DNA of 64,000 nucleotides from Paecilomyces variotii (Eukaryota): NCBI GenBank assembly GCA_004022145.1, contig RCNU01000004.1; one strand, 5' to 3'. Shown piece by piece: positions 63,330 to 64,000 of this stretch (position 1 is its first letter; each line of letters starts with the position of its first letter). The notes under the pieces were generated by a model. It saw only the letters and a program-made list of their open reading frames with translations, ran no database searches and was not told where the DNA came from. The position numbers and the translations under genes were made by a program.

Positions 63330-64000
63330 TTATTTGGCAACAGCCGCACTAGAACCATATGTTAGCTATACAGTCTTCGTTTGGAGGAGTTTCCTGGACG
63401 ATACGAACCTCAAGACTTGCGTTCTGAAGAACGCACCCTTGGTCTTCTCGATGACCTGCTGGTACACCGACTGAGGAGGGTGGTTCATGAGGACAGTGCC
63501 CTCCTTGTAGTCAATCTTGGCATCGACACGGGTGTCGCGGATCAGGTTGACAATCCACTTCTCACCCTCATCCTGGTTCAGACCCAGACGGGTGGAAAGG
63601 TCCCTGAATAACCATGTTAGCACTCTTGTCGGACGGTGACTGCACGCGTGTTACATACTTGATATCGATCCGCTGGTGGATCTTGCAGTAGCTCTCAGAG
63701 ATGAGATGTCTGGCGGCCTCCACGAAGGCATCAGCGGCGGCCACGAGGAAGAAGTCGCTCCGCAGCACCTCCTCGGCTTCACCAAGTTTCTTCTGGGCCT
63801 CCTCGAAGTCAAAGTCGACGTAGAGGGCCTTGACGAAGTCCGTGATCGGATCAGAATACTCGTAGTCCTCTTGTCGCACTACTCGGATCAAATCCTTCAG
63901 CTGCTTCTGGTAAGCGTTGGTGTTCTTGTGTCCCCGGTTGCGGTTGGTAATGACAGCGGCAGCCAGATATCGAAGGATCCAGGGGCAGTTGGTCTGGATG
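63330..64000 (-). CDS. eIF3e: Eukaryotic translation initiation factor 3 subunit E (Int6), 3' part; 5' end lies beyond the window
   Basis: [57 protein letters not shown] and [18 protein letters not shown] (PCI domain). Last exon SAAVAK* at 63348-63330. Confidence 0.95.

Noticed and set aside
14400-64000. eIF3d and eIF3e in the same window as a functional cluster
   Set aside because: They are 47 kb apart with many unrelated genes between; no evidence beyond coincidental linkage.
1-64000. tRNA, rRNA or snRNA genes
   Set aside because: No convincing cloverleaf/T-loop or rRNA segments noticed by eye; tRNAscan-SE/Infernal would be needed to exclude them.

Overview
Fungal (ascomycete, Eurotiales-like) chromosomal DNA with intron-containing genes. 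Conserved genes are a MirB-type siderophore transporter with clustered SreA sites, a DUF7053-like protein, a DUF202 membrane protein, eIF3d, an FAD monooxygenase, a WKF-domain protein, Spc98/GCP3, bZIP AtfA, HIU hydrolase (with PTS2 and a UaY site), Get3, an amino-acid permease and the 3' part of eIF3e. Three accessory-looking blocks interrupt them. (i) About 7.2-12.2 kb: Ty3/Gypsy fragments and a decayed tandem duplication of an unknown gene. (ii) About 18.9-31.7 kb: an intronless UbiD/Fdc1 decarboxylase with a mitochondrial-type presequence and no intact Pad1, a solo NagA, an RBR E3 ligase and decayed sequence. (iii) About 46-59.4 kb: a 3-exon RfeG-like microgene, a 6-exon ~1711-aa fusion and an orphan gene bracketed by ~70-bp direct repeats. 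The fusion joins two C2H2-like zinc fingers, a degenerate WOPR (Gti1/Pac2) domain, an uncharacterised core and a PNP_UDP (Pfs) effector domain, with no NACHT/NB-ARC. Block (iii) is the best candidate for an undescribed system: a possible non-NLR fungal immune/allorecognition locus with integrated transcription-factor domains. All family calls are from motif recognition by eye; no database searches were run.
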